A DNA stretch of 64,000 bases from an uncultured Actinomycetes bacterium (lineage in GTDB: Bacteria; Actinomycetota; UBA4738; JBBDTT01): positions 192,001 through 256,000 of the forward strand of contig CAVUMN010000004.1 of assembly GCA_963742735.1 (NCBI GenBank), given 5' to 3'. The notes below the pieces were generated by a model, which was not told the origin of the DNA, did not search any database, and worked only from the letters and a program-made list of their open reading frames with translations. Numbering within the stretch: the stretch's first letter is position 1; every line of letters begins with the position of its first letter. The translations under genes were made by a program, and so were the position numbers. Shown in pieces: positions 29,119 through 38,523 of this stretch.

Positions 29119-29744
29119 GACAGCAGGACCGGCTCCGCGAGGGGTTCCCACTCGCCGTCGGGGCCGCGCCGCTTGACGATGTGGGCCGGGTTGCCCTGGA
29201 CCATCACGCCGGCGGGGACGTCGCGGGAGATCACCGCGTTCGGCCCGATGATCGCGCCGTCCCCGATCGTGATCCCGCCCACGACGACCGTCCCCACGCC
29301 GATCCACACCCGCGAGCCGATGCGAAGCGGCCGGCCCTCCTTGAGCGGCGCCTGCCACGACACGGCCTCGTCGTCCTGACGCTTGTAGTCGTGGATCGTG
29401 TCGGTGCACGTGACGAACTGACCCATCGCGGTGTGGTCGCCGATCTGGATCCCGTTGAGCGCCACGAGCCGGAGGTTGTGGCTCAGGTAGCACCCGGACC
29501 CGATCTCGAGGGCGACGGCGCCCGGCGGCGCGTACGCCTCCAGGCACGCGTACTTGAGGATCGTCACCCCGGTTCCGATCCGCATGGCGTGCTCCCCCAC
29601 GAGCCGCAGCTGCGGCCCCTCGACGATCGAGCCCTCACCGAACCCTGCGAACGCCCGGGCCCGCGGCCCGCCGGCCCGGATCGCCAGCCGCTCCTCCTTG
29701 GCCAGCCGGCGGCGGTACGCCCGCTGCTCACCGCGACCGGCCAT
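29115..29744 (-). CDS. Hexapeptide-repeat (LbH) O-acyltransferase
   Basis: IGTGVTI, TDTIHDY (His), IGSRVWIG, IGDGAIIGPNAVI, VQGNPAH. Confidence 0.9.
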   Translation of the reverse strand: MAGRGEQRAYRRRLAKEERLAIRAGGPRARAFAGFGEGSIVEGPQLRLVGEHAMRIGTGVTILKYACLEAYAPPGAVALEIGSGCYLSHNLRLVALNGIQIGDHTAMGQFVTCTDTIHDYKRQDDEAVSWQAPLKEGRPLRIGSRVWIGVGTVVVGGITIGDGAIIGPNAVISRDVPAGVMVQGNPAHIVKRRGPDGEWEPLAEPVLLS

Positions 29745-30984
29745 CGCGCGCTCCCTTCCGCTCGGTGGCCCGGGTGAGCGTCGGACGCGCGGCCAGGTCC
29801 GCCAGCCCCCATCCCGTCACGCCCTCACGGGTGACGACGAAGAACGGGGCCGAGCGATGCCGGCCGGCCAGCACGTCCTCCTGGTCGCCGCGGACGACGA
29901 TCTGCAGCTGGTACGTCCCGGGGCCGAGGTGCAAGGACAGGCCGACCTGGCTGCCGAGCTCGGTCCCCTCCGCGACGGTCTCGTCCATCGCCGCGACCGC
30001 CGTCGTGTAGACCGTCTGGCTCCCGGACAGCACCGAGAGCCGCACGCGAGGTGAGATCACGTCGCGGCCGAAGCGCAGGCGGAACCGCAGCGTCACGTCG
30101 TCGCCGACCGCGAACGAGGTCCCCGTGACGCCGCCCGGCCCGGCCAGCTCCACGTCCTCGATCTCCACGCCGCCGCCGACGCGCTGCACGCCGGCGTCGG
30201 CCTCGAACTCGGTCTCGCTCAGCTCGACGTCGGCGGTGTTGATGAGGGCGTGGTAGCGGGCGATGGCCTCCTCGGTGGGGCCGTCGAACACGGCCTCACC
30301 CTTCGACAGCACGATCGATCGAGGACACAGCGCGTGCACCACCGGCATCGCGTGCGAGACGAACACCAGCGTCACCCCCGCGGCGAGCAGGTCCTTGAGT
30401 CGCGCGTCGCACTTGGCCCGGAAGGCGCGGTCCCCCACGGCCAGCACCTCGTCGACCAGCAGCACGTCCGGCTCGGCGAAGATCGCCACCGAGAACCCCA
30501 GCCGCATGTACATGCCCGATGAGTAGTGCTTGACCGGCCGGTCGATCGCGGACCCGAGGCCGGAGAACTCGATGATCCGCTCGGCGTTCTGCTCGATGAC
30601 CTCAGGCGACATCCCCAGTACCGAGCCCCCGACCTCGATGTTCTCCCGGCCGGAGAGCTCGTCGCGGAACCCCGCGCCGATCGTGATCAACGAGGAGACG
30701 CGGCCGCCGATCTCCACCGTCCCCTCCGTCGGGGCGGTGACCCCGGCCAGAACCCGGAGCAACGTCGACTTGCCGGAGCCGTTCGGGCCGATGACGCCCA
30801 GCGCCTGGCCCGGTTCCAGGCCGAGGTACACGTGGCGGAGCGCCCACAGGTGGTCCTTGGCGCGGAACGCGTGGCGCGAGAGCCCGAAGAGGCGCGGCTC
30901 GTCCCGGAGCAGATCGAAGCGCTTGCCCACGTCCACGACACGGACGTGGCCGGCGCCGACCGGGGCCTCAGAGGTAGTCGGCAA
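29728..30984 (-). CDS. wzt: Polysaccharide ABC exporter ATP-binding subunit with C-terminal carbohydrate-binding domain
   Basis: GPNGSGKSTL, LSGRENI, PVKHYSSGM, LLVDEVLAVGD, FVSH, C-terminal Ig-like region (LGPGTY). Confidence 0.92.
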   Translation of the reverse strand: MPTTSEAPVGAGHVRVVDVGKRFDLLRDEPRLFGLSRHAFRAKDHLWALRHVYLGLEPGQALGVIGPNGSGKSTLLRVLAGVTAPTEGTVEIGGRVSSLITIGAGFRDELSGRENIEVGGSVLGMSPEVIEQNAERIIEFSGLGSAIDRPVKHYSSGMYMRLGFSVAIFAEPDVLLVDEVLAVGDRAFRAKCDARLKDLLAAGVTLVFVSHAMPVVHALCPRSIVLSKGEAVFDGPTEEAIARYHALINTADVELSETEFEADAGVQRVGGGVEIEDVELAGPGGVTGTSFAVGDDVTLRFRLRFGRDVISPRVRLSVLSGSQTVYTTAVAAMDETVAEGTELGSQVGLSLHLGPGTYQLQIVVRGDQEDVLAGRHRSAPFFVVTREGVTGWGLADLAARPTLTRATERKGARDGRSR

Positions 30985-31759
30985 CCGTGGCCTCCCGCCG
31001 CGTGAACACCCGCCACCCCACGACGAGGAAGAAGGCCGTCCACGCCACCGACGAGACGGTGGCCCAGAGGTCCACCGGCAGCCCCACGTACGCGGACCGG
31101 AACAGGCCGACCACGCCGGTCATCGGGTTCGCCCGGATGAGGTTCATCACCAGCGGGTGCTCGGCCAGCCGGTCGAAGAAGAAGGGATAGATGATCGGCG
31201 TCACCCAGAACCACGCCATCACGGCGGCCTGCAGCATGGGGTCGATGTCGCGGTAGCGGACCTGCAGCGTGGAGAACGTCAGCGCGATCCCGTACGGCAG
31301 CAGGATCAGCAGCGCGACGGCGGCCGGCAGCAGGTACAGCTGGCCCATGCGCTCGAGCGCGAAGGCCCCCACCAGCAGCAGCAGCACCCCGAGCATGAAC
31401 GCCAGGTTGTAGAGGTTCGCCACCACCACCGCGGTGGGAAGCGCGGCGCGGGGCAGGCGCACCCGCTGGACGATCTGTCCGGCCTCGAGCAGCGAGCCGG
31501 AGCCCCCCAGCATCGCGCTGACGAAGAACTGCCACGGCATGATCCCGGTCAGCACGTACAGGGCATACGGAAACGGCCCGGCGAGGTCCGCGCGCCCGAG
31601 GATCGTGAACACCGCGGCGATCAACAGGCCCTGGATGAGCGGCGTGATCACGGCCCACATCACCCCGAGACCCAGTCGTCGATAGCGCGACTTGAAGCTG
31701 CTCGAGGCCAGCGTGCGTACGAGGTCACGACGGCGCCACAGGGCCTGTAGGCTGTCCAT
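30968..31759 (-). CDS. wzm: Polysaccharide ABC exporter permease
   Basis: FKSRYRRLGLGVMWAVITP, GIMPWQFF, YRDI, WFWVTPIIYP, NPMT; GGAGG SD. Confidence 0.92.
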   Translation of the reverse strand: MDSLQALWRRRDLVRTLASSSFKSRYRRLGLGVMWAVITPLIQGLLIAAVFTILGRADLAGPFPYALYVLTGIMPWQFFVSAMLGGSGSLLEAGQIVQRVRLPRAALPTAVVVANLYNLAFMLGVLLLLVGAFALERMGQLYLLPAAVALLILLPYGIALTFSTLQVRYRDIDPMLQAAVMAWFWVTPIIYPFFFDRLAEHPLVMNLIRANPMTGVVGLFRSAYVGLPVDLWATVSSVAWTAFFLVVGWRVFTRREATVADYL

Positions 31760-31807
31760 GATCCCTCCACGCCGGTGTTGCGGCGGAGTCGCGTTCGAGA
31801 GGCTCTC

Positions 31808-32908
31808 TTGGACATCTTAGTGAGTCACCCCTACGTCTGGGCCGAGGTTCGACGAGGCGCGGAACGGCATCTGGAGGACCTGGTCGGCTATCTGCGCGCC
31901 CGCGGCCACGATGTCCGCGTACTGACGACCGCCAACGGCACACGCCTGCCGCCGCGGGCCGACCGGGCCCCGTACGTCGTGCGGGGGCGGACCGCGTCGG
32001 GCTGGCTGACCGCGCGGGGGTTCGACCCGCTCGCCGCATTCGTCCCGACGATGGTTCCCCCGCTGCTGCGCGAGCCGGCCCGCGTCGTCCACGCCCTCTC
32101 ACCCGCCGACGGCGCCGCGGCCGTGCTGACCCGCCGGCGCGGCCGCGCGGTGGTGACCACCCTGATGGGCATCCCGTTCCGCTGGTGGAACGAGCGGACC
32201 GGCGCCGGCTCGTTGATGTGGCGAACGGTCCTCGGGCGCGCCGACGCCGTCGTGTGCCTGTCCACGTTCGCGGCTCGGGTCCTGGAGGCCGACTACGGGC
32301 GCGCCGCGCACGTGATCCCCCTGGGCGTCGACGCCGGCCGGTTCCGTCCCGTCGCCGAGCGCGCCGCCGAGCCGACGATCCTGTTCGCGGCGGCGCTCGA
32401 CGAGCCCCGCAAGCGACTGGACCTCCTCCTGCGAGCCTTCGCCGAGATCGCCCCCGACCATGCCGGACTGCGGGTCGTGGCCCGAGGCAACGGCGACCCG
32501 GCCGCGGCGCTCGCCGCCCGGGACTCGTTGCCCGCCGCCCTCCGCGGCCGCGTCGAGCTCAGGGGAGCCGCCGACGGCGACCTGGCCGCCGACTACTCCG
32601 CGGCGTGGGTGACCGCCCTTCCCTCGCGCAACGAGGCCCTCGGGCTGGTCCTCGCGGAGAGCCTGGCCTGCGGAACGCCGGTCGTGGGAACGGCCGACGG
32701 CGGCATCACGGACGTGATCGACGACCCCGCGATCGGGCGGACGTTCGCCCCCGACGACGCGGGCGAGCTGGCTCGCGCCCTGACCGAGGGGCTGGCGCTC
32801 TCGCAGGAGGACGGCATCCGCGAGCGCTGCCTGGCGTCGGCGGCCCGGTTCGACATGGCCACGGCGGTGGGACCGGCGATCGAGCGCGTCTACCAGGGGG
32901 TCGCGTGA
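31808..32908 (+). CDS. GT4 glycosyltransferase
   Basis: RGAERH, IPLGVD, PRKRLD, EALGLVLAESLACGTPVV (EX7E); start uncertain (TTG 31808 or 31775). Confidence 0.9.
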   Translation: MDILVSHPYVWAEVRRGAERHLEDLVGYLRARGHDVRVLTTANGTRLPPRADRAPYVVRGRTASGWLTARGFDPLAAFVPTMVPPLLREPARVVHALSPADGAAAVLTRRRGRAVVTTLMGIPFRWWNERTGAGSLMWRTVLGRADAVVCLSTFAARVLEADYGRAAHVIPLGVDAGRFRPVAERAAEPTILFAAALDEPRKRLDLLLRAFAEIAPDHAGLRVVARGNGDPAAALAARDSLPAALRGRVELRGAADGDLAADYSAAWVTALPSRNEALGLVLAESLACGTPVVGTADGGITDVIDDPAIGRTFAPDDAGELARALTEGLALSQEDGIRERCLASAARFDMATAVGPAIERVYQGVA

Positions 32909-33924
32909 CCGAGGACCGCCCCAAGGTCTCGATCGTCGTCGTCAACTGGAACGGGATCGAGGTCCTGGTCCCGCTGCTGGAATCGCTGAAGACGCTCGCC
33001 TATCCGAACGTCGCGACCCTGGTCATCGACAACGCCTCGAGCGACGGCTCGGCCCAGATCCTCGCGAGGCGCGACGACATCACGTTCGTCGCCAACCCGG
33101 AGAACCTTGGCTTCGCGAAGGCATCGAACCAGGGCATGCGGATGACCGACGGCGACTACGTCCTGCTCCTGAACCCGGACACGCTCATCGACGACCCGAA
33201 GGTCGTGGACCTCTGCGTCGAGGAGCTGGAGGCCGAGCCGAGGATCGGGGCACTTGGAGTGAAGATCGTGGCCCCCGACGGGTCGCTGCAGTACTCGTGC
33301 GCGCCGTTTCGAACCGTGGGCCGCGAGCTCGCGCTGTCGGCGTTCGCGCGGCCGTTTCGCCGGAACAAGACCCCGAGGTTCTGGCTGTTCCAGGACGGGA
33401 CACCCCCGACGACGATGGACGTCGACTGGGTGAGCGGTGCCTTCATGTTCCTGCGCCGGGCGGCCCTCGATCAGGTCGGGCTCCTCGACCCCGAGACCCC
33501 GATGGACGGCGAGGACTACGACCTGTGCTGGCGGCTGGGCCGGAGGGGGTGGCGCGTCCGCTACCTCGCCGAGACGCGCGTCGTGCACATCGGAAACGTG
33601 AGCGGCGCGAAGCGGTGGACCGAGCACCGGCGACAGGTCCTCGGCGCCCAGTGCGTCGACTACTTCATGCGCAAGCACCACAGCACGCCCTACGCGCTCA
33701 CCTACCGGACACTGGTGGTGGCCGACCGTGCCGCGAAGACCGCATACGCCCGGGCCCGCGGCGACCGCGAGCTCGCCGCCGCGCTGCGCGAGCAGGTGGC
33801 CATCCACTCGGAGGCCCTCCGCACCTTCTTCAAGTCAACACGGGGGGTCCGCTCGCCGCCGGAAACGGACCTGGGAGCACCTCGGGGCGAGCTACCCCCC
33901 CGAACCCCCCGTCCCTCCCCGTAG
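32905..33924 (+). CDS. GT2 glycosyltransferase (WbbL-like)
   Basis: SIVVVNWN, IDNASSDGS, NLGFAKASN, LLLNPD, VDWVSGAFM, GEDYDLC. Confidence 0.92.
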   Translation: MTEDRPKVSIVVVNWNGIEVLVPLLESLKTLAYPNVATLVIDNASSDGSAQILARRDDITFVANPENLGFAKASNQGMRMTDGDYVLLLNPDTLIDDPKVVDLCVEELEAEPRIGALGVKIVAPDGSLQYSCAPFRTVGRELALSAFARPFRRNKTPRFWLFQDGTPPTTMDVDWVSGAFMFLRRAALDQVGLLDPETPMDGEDYDLCWRLGRRGWRVRYLAETRVVHIGNVSGAKRWTEHRRQVLGAQCVDYFMRKHHSTPYALTYRTLVVADRAAKTAYARARGDRELAAALREQVAIHSEALRTFFKSTRGVRSPPETDLGAPRGELPPRTPRPSP

Positions 33925-33934
33925 GCTTCGCGGC

Positions 33935-35200
33935 GTGCGGGTCCTGCAGGTCGTCCACAACTTCGCGGCCGAGCATCGCGGCGGCACCGAGCGCTACACG
34001 GCGGAGCTCGTCCGCGCGCTCGCCGAGCGTCACCAGGTCGAGGTGTTCACGACCCGGATCGGGACGGAGTTCGCGCTGGAGCGCGGCGAGCGCGGCGGCC
34101 TCCCCGTGGCGATCCTCGACCAGCCGCAGGCCGGGTCGTTCCGCGAGCGCAACGCCGTCCAGCGCGAGGTGCGCCGCCGCTTCGCCGAGCACGCCCGCGA
34201 GTTCGGCCCGGACGTCGTCCACGTCCAGCACCTGATCGACGTGTCGCCGTCCATCCTGGGAGTGCCCCGAGAGCTCGGCGTCCCGGGCGTCGTCTCGCTG
34301 CACGACTTCTGGTACGTGTGTCCGCGAACGACGCTCCTGCGCAAGGACGGGTCGGTGTGCCATTCGGGCCCGCGGGGCGGGTGGGCGTGCGTGCGGCACT
34401 GCTACCCGTCGGCGGGACGCGAGGACCACGCCGACATCCCGCCGGAGCAGCGCCGGCGCCGCCCACGCGACCTGGCGTACGTGGTTCGCCACCGCCGCCT
34501 GCGGCGCGCGCTCCGCGGGGTGGACCGCTTCGTCTCCGGATCCGAGTTCACCCGGGACACCTACGCGCGGCTCGGCCTGAGCCCGTCGCGCGTCGAGGTC
34601 ATCCCCTGGGGGATGCCCGCCCCCGGCCCCCGGCCCACCAGGTACGCGCCCCTGCCGCCGCTGCGGTTCGCGTTCCTCGGACACCTCTCCCACGCGAAGG
34701 GCGCGGACGTCGCGATCGAAGCGTTCGCCGCGATCGATCCCGCGCGGGCGGCGCTCACGATGCACGGCCCCATCGGCGAGCGGCAGGTGGAGCGGTTCGG
34801 CGCGTTGCTCTCGGCCGCTCCTCACGTGCGGTGGGCCGGGCCGTACGAGCCGCCCGAGCTCGACGCGATCCTCGGCGGCGCCGACGCCGTCGTGATGCCG
34901 AGCCGGGCCCTGGAGAACTACCCGCTGGTGGTCCAGGAGGCCTTCCAGCGGGGCGTGCCGATGCTCGTCAGCCGGTCGGGGGCGCTACCCGAGGTCGTCC
35001 GTGACGGCGTGGACGGGGTCGTCTTCGGCGACGGGGCCGACGAGCTCCGACGTGCGGTGGAGGCCCTCGCGGACGACCCCGCGCGGGTGGCGGCCCTCGC
35101 CGCCGGGATCGACCCCGTGAAGCCGATGGAGGCGCACGCCCGCGAGATCGAGTCCCTGTACGAACGCCTCCGATCGAAAACCGGGGCGGGCGCAGCGTGA
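33935..35200 (+). CDS. GT4 glycosyltransferase with 4-Cys insert
   Basis: GGTERY, LHDFWYVCPR, HAKGAD, ENYPLVVQEA; TAGGCT -10 7 nt upstream overlaps the previous stop. Confidence 0.9.
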   Translation: MRVLQVVHNFAAEHRGGTERYTAELVRALAERHQVEVFTTRIGTEFALERGERGGLPVAILDQPQAGSFRERNAVQREVRRRFAEHAREFGPDVVHVQHLIDVSPSILGVPRELGVPGVVSLHDFWYVCPRTTLLRKDGSVCHSGPRGGWACVRHCYPSAGREDHADIPPEQRRRRPRDLAYVVRHRRLRRALRGVDRFVSGSEFTRDTYARLGLSPSRVEVIPWGMPAPGPRPTRYAPLPPLRFAFLGHLSHAKGADVAIEAFAAIDPARAALTMHGPIGERQVERFGALLSAAPHVRWAGPYEPPELDAILGGADAVVMPSRALENYPLVVQEAFQRGVPMLVSRSGALPEVVRDGVDGVVFGDGADELRRAVEALADDPARVAALAAGIDPVKPMEAHAREIESLYERLRSKTGAGAA

Positions 35201-36438
35201 GGATCGCCCAGGTCGTCCACAACTTCACGGGGGAGCGGCGGGGCGGGACCGAGCGGTGGGCCGAGGCCCTGTCGAAGGAGCTCGCGGGGAGGCATGAGGT
35301 CCGGGTCTTCACGTGGCAAACCGGCGACGCCGGCGATACGACTCGGGTCGATCAGCGAGAGGTCTACGGACTGCCGGTGACCGTCGTGACCCGGCCGAGC
35401 GCGCCAGCAATGGGAAACCGGTTGAGCGCCCAGCGAAGCGTCCGCGCCCCCTACGAGCGATTCTTGACGGAGGGCCGCTTCGACGTCGTGCATATCCATC
35501 ACGTCATGGATGCTTCCGTGGAGATGCTGGGAGCGACGGCGTCGTCGCGGGTGCCGTTCGTCCTGCAGCTCCACGACTGGTGGTACGCGTGCGCCCGCGT
35601 CGACCTGATCCGCAAGGACCTCTCGATCTGCGAGACCGGGCCGCGCATGGGTTTCGCGTGCATGCGCCACTGCAGCCCCTTCGGCGACACCCGCGAGTAC
35701 GCCGTCGCGCCGGAGACGCGGGGGCGGCACTCGCCGGCGGACGCGCTGTACGTCGCACGGTACGCCCGCAACCGGCGGCAGCTCGCCCGCGTGCCCCGGT
35801 TCATCGCCGGGTCGAACTTCCTGCGCGACCGGTGGGCTCGGCTCGGGCTGGACCCGAACCGCGTGGAGGTCATCCCGCTGGGCCTGCCGCCGGTGAACCC
35901 TCCGGCCCGGCGGCCCGCCGCGCGGCCCCTGCGGTTCGTGACCCTGGGACGGCTGTCGCTGTTGAAGGGGACCGACGTGGTCCTGGAGGCGTTCCGCGAC
36001 GTGGAACCCGCAGACGCGCGCCTGACGCTGCACGGCGCAGTCCCCGAGGACCAGCTCCCCCTGATCGGGCCGATGCTCGCGGACGCCGGTCCGAACGTCC
36101 GCTTCGCCGGTCCCTACGACACCGACGCGGCTCTCGCGGAGGCGGACGTCCTGATCGCCGCCAGCCGCCAGCTCGAGACGTTCTCGATCACGACGCACGA
36201 GGCGTTCCAGCGCCGGGTCCCCGTCCTCGCCGCCCGGCGCGGCGGCGCGCTCGCCGAGTACGTCCACGACGGCCACGACGGCCTGCATTTCGACGGGGTT
36301 GCGGAGCTTCGCGCGGCGGTGGACCGGCTCGTCGCGGAGCCCTCGATCGTGGACGCGCTCAGCGCGAACGCGCCGGGCGTGGCGACCGTGGCCGAGCAGG
36401 CCGCGATCGTCGAGGCGCTGTACGTGCGCCTGCCCTGA
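35197..36438 (+). CDS. GT4 glycosyltransferase with 4-Cys insert (paralog of the upstream gene)
   Basis: GGTERW, LHDWWYACAR, LKGTD, ETFSITTHEA. Confidence 0.9.
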   Translation: MRIAQVVHNFTGERRGGTERWAEALSKELAGRHEVRVFTWQTGDAGDTTRVDQREVYGLPVTVVTRPSAPAMGNRLSAQRSVRAPYERFLTEGRFDVVHIHHVMDASVEMLGATASSRVPFVLQLHDWWYACARVDLIRKDLSICETGPRMGFACMRHCSPFGDTREYAVAPETRGRHSPADALYVARYARNRRQLARVPRFIAGSNFLRDRWARLGLDPNRVEVIPLGLPPVNPPARRPAARPLRFVTLGRLSLLKGTDVVLEAFRDVEPADARLTLHGAVPEDQLPLIGPMLADAGPNVRFAGPYDTDAALAEADVLIAASRQLETFSITTHEAFQRRVPVLAARRGGALAEYVHDGHDGLHFDGVAELRAAVDRLVAEPSIVDALSANAPGVATVAEQAAIVEALYVRLP

Positions 36439-36949
36439 ACGGGCCGTCGACCACCGCGTTCGGCGGCACCCGCGCGCCCGCCGCCACGCTCGCGCCCGGG
36501 AGGAGCGTCGCCTTCACCCCCACGACCGCCCCGGCCCCCACCCGCACCGGTCCCTCCTCCGACGCGAGGACCACCGAGAACTCGCCGAGCTCGGCCCCCT
36601 CGCCGATCTCCACGTCGCCTCCCTGCGCGCGGACCACGCTCCCCTCGCGGAGCCGGGCCCGCTCGCCGATCTCCAACCGCCCGCCCGCCGCCTCGAGCAG
36701 GACGTCGCCGCCCAGCCGCGCCTCCCGGCCGACCCGAACCTCTCCTCCTCGCAGCGAGAGCGAGCACGCCGGGCCGAGCCTCGACTCCGCGCCCAATCGC
36801 AGCGTCGAATCGCTCTCCCGGCCGACCATCAGCCGAAGGTGCCGCGCCACCGCGACGCCCCGGCCCACGGTGACGGTCACCGTGGAGCGCGCGGCGCGCG
36901 CCCGAACCGAGGCCCGGAGACGAAGCAGGCGCCCGCGGAGCCGGCTCAC
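36359..36949 (-). CDS. Stand-alone left-handed beta-helix (hexapeptide repeat) protein, catalytic motifs not seen
   Basis: Repeats LGAESRLG, VGREARLG, IGERARLR, IGEGAELG, VGAGAVVG; GTGA-coupled to the upstream GT2; 80 nt overlap with the convergent GT4. Confidence 0.7.
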   Translation of the reverse strand: MSRLRGRLLRLRASVRARAARSTVTVTVGRGVAVARHLRLMVGRESDSTLRLGAESRLGPACSLSLRGGEVRVGREARLGGDVLLEAAGGRLEIGERARLREGSVVRAQGGDVEIGEGAELGEFSVVLASEEGPVRVGAGAVVGVKATLLPGASVAAGARVPPNAVVDGPFRAGARTAPRRSRPARPRSPRPARSR

Positions 36950-38523
36950 AGCAGCAGCCTTCGCTGGCGCAGGCTGGCGACGGCCAGGGCGCCGATCTCC
37001 ACGGCGTCGATCGCGATCCAGCCGGGGATCGCGGCCAGGCGCGGCCAGAAGCCGAACGGCTGCTCCCGGTCCAGGAACCGCAGCAGCGCGTAGGGGGCCA
37101 GGCCGAGGAGCGCCCAGGGCGTCCAGAGGATTCCCGCGACCACCGCGGCCACCGCGAGCATCAGGTACGCGTGGCTCGGCTTGATGATCCAGCGGCGGTA
37201 GTAGACCTTGCGCATCCGCGGGTGCTTCTTCACCAGCAGCGCGTGCGACGAGAGGTTCTTGCCCCGGCGGAGGATCCCTCGCCATCCCACGGTTCGCACG
37301 TCGTGATAGAGCAGCGCCTCGGGCTCGAAGGCGGCTCGCTTGCCCGCCTCGAGCGCGCGCAGGGCCAGGTCGGTGTCCTCGGCCATCGGGTACGGGAACC
37401 GCTCGTCGAAGCCTCCGAGGGCCTCCAGCACGTCTCGCCGGTACAGCATGTTGCAGGTCTCGTAGTGCCCGCCCGCCCTGGTGACCCGGTTGGTGATCAC
37501 GAACAGCCCCCCGGCCGCCTCCTGTCGCGGTTCGGGGAGGGTCCGGCCCTGTACCAGGTCGGCGCCGCTCTCCCACAGGCGGGCGAGCAGCGCGGCGAGC
37601 CACTCCGGCGCGGGCTGACAGTCGTCGTCGGTGAAGGCGACCACGGGGGCTCGCGCGGCCCGCCAGCCGAGGTTGCGGCCCGCCGCCGGGCCGCCGGAGT
37701 GCCGTCGTCGAACGACCCGGACTCGGAATCCGGCCCGGCGGGCCAGCCGCCGAGCCACCTCGGGCGTGGCGTCGGTCGATCCGTCGTCCACCAGGACCAG
37801 CTCGAACCGCCCGGCGGGCAGGCGCTGCCGGGCGAGGGCCTCGAACAGCCGGGGAAGGTGATCCGCGCGGTCCTTCGTCGACACGACCACGGAGACCTCC
37901 GGCGCCCGGCCCCGGGCCCGCGGCGCCGCCGGCGGCCGGCCCACGACTCCCTGGACCACGTCGTGCGCCGCGACCTCCACCTCGTCGGCGACGGCGGTTC
38001 CCCCGTGGACGATCGCCCGCGGCCCCACCCGGGCCGAGCGCCCCACGACGACGGTTCCCTCGCCGCTCGACCCGATGGACGCGTAGTCCGCGATAGCTGC
38101 GTCCGGTCGGATCTCCACGTCGCGAGCGACCGCGGTGATCCGGCACCCCGCGCCGATCGTGGCCCCGGCCCCGACGACCAGGGATCCGCCCCCGCCGACC
38201 TCGAGCGTCGTCCGCGGCCCGATCGACACCCCCTCCGCCAGGGAGAGCGTCCCGGTCCCGAGGACGAGGGTCGTCCCACGCTCGAGGATCACCCACGGGC
38301 CGAGGACCAGCCCGATCCGCGCGCCGCGGCGTACCCGAAGGCGCGCGCCCCTGCGCACCTGGGTCCCGAACGCCCGGCCGTGGAGCCTGACGGTCCCTCC
38401 CGCGACCAGCGCCCGCACCCGCAGCCGCCAGGAGAACCACACCACCGTGCGCAGCGCCCGCAGCCGGATCGCGTTCTGCCGGAACTGCCCCAGCCGGTCC
38501 AACAGCCACAGCAGCGACTTCAC
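36946..38523 (-). CDS. LbH beta-helix - GT2 glycosyltransferase fusion with C-terminal TM helices
   Basis: N-terminal hexapeptide repeats; SVVVSTKDR, VDDGSTD, GPAAGRN, AFTDDDC, GGFDERF, EDTDL. Confidence 0.85.
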   Translation of the reverse strand: MKSLLWLLDRLGQFRQNAIRLRALRTVVWFSWRLRVRALVAGGTVRLHGRAFGTQVRRGARLRVRRGARIGLVLGPWVILERGTTLVLGTGTLSLAEGVSIGPRTTLEVGGGGSLVVGAGATIGAGCRITAVARDVEIRPDAAIADYASIGSSGEGTVVVGRSARVGPRAIVHGGTAVADEVEVAAHDVVQGVVGRPPAAPRARGRAPEVSVVVSTKDRADHLPRLFEALARQRLPAGRFELVLVDDGSTDATPEVARRLARRAGFRVRVVRRRHSGGPAAGRNLGWRAARAPVVAFTDDDCQPAPEWLAALLARLWESGADLVQGRTLPEPRQEAAGGLFVITNRVTRAGGHYETCNMLYRRDVLEALGGFDERFPYPMAEDTDLALRALEAGKRAAFEPEALLYHDVRTVGWRGILRRGKNLSSHALLVKKHPRMRKVYYRRWIIKPSHAYLMLAVAAVVAGILWTPWALLGLAPYALLRFLDREQPFGFWPRLAAIPGWIAIDAVEIGALAVASLRQRRLLL

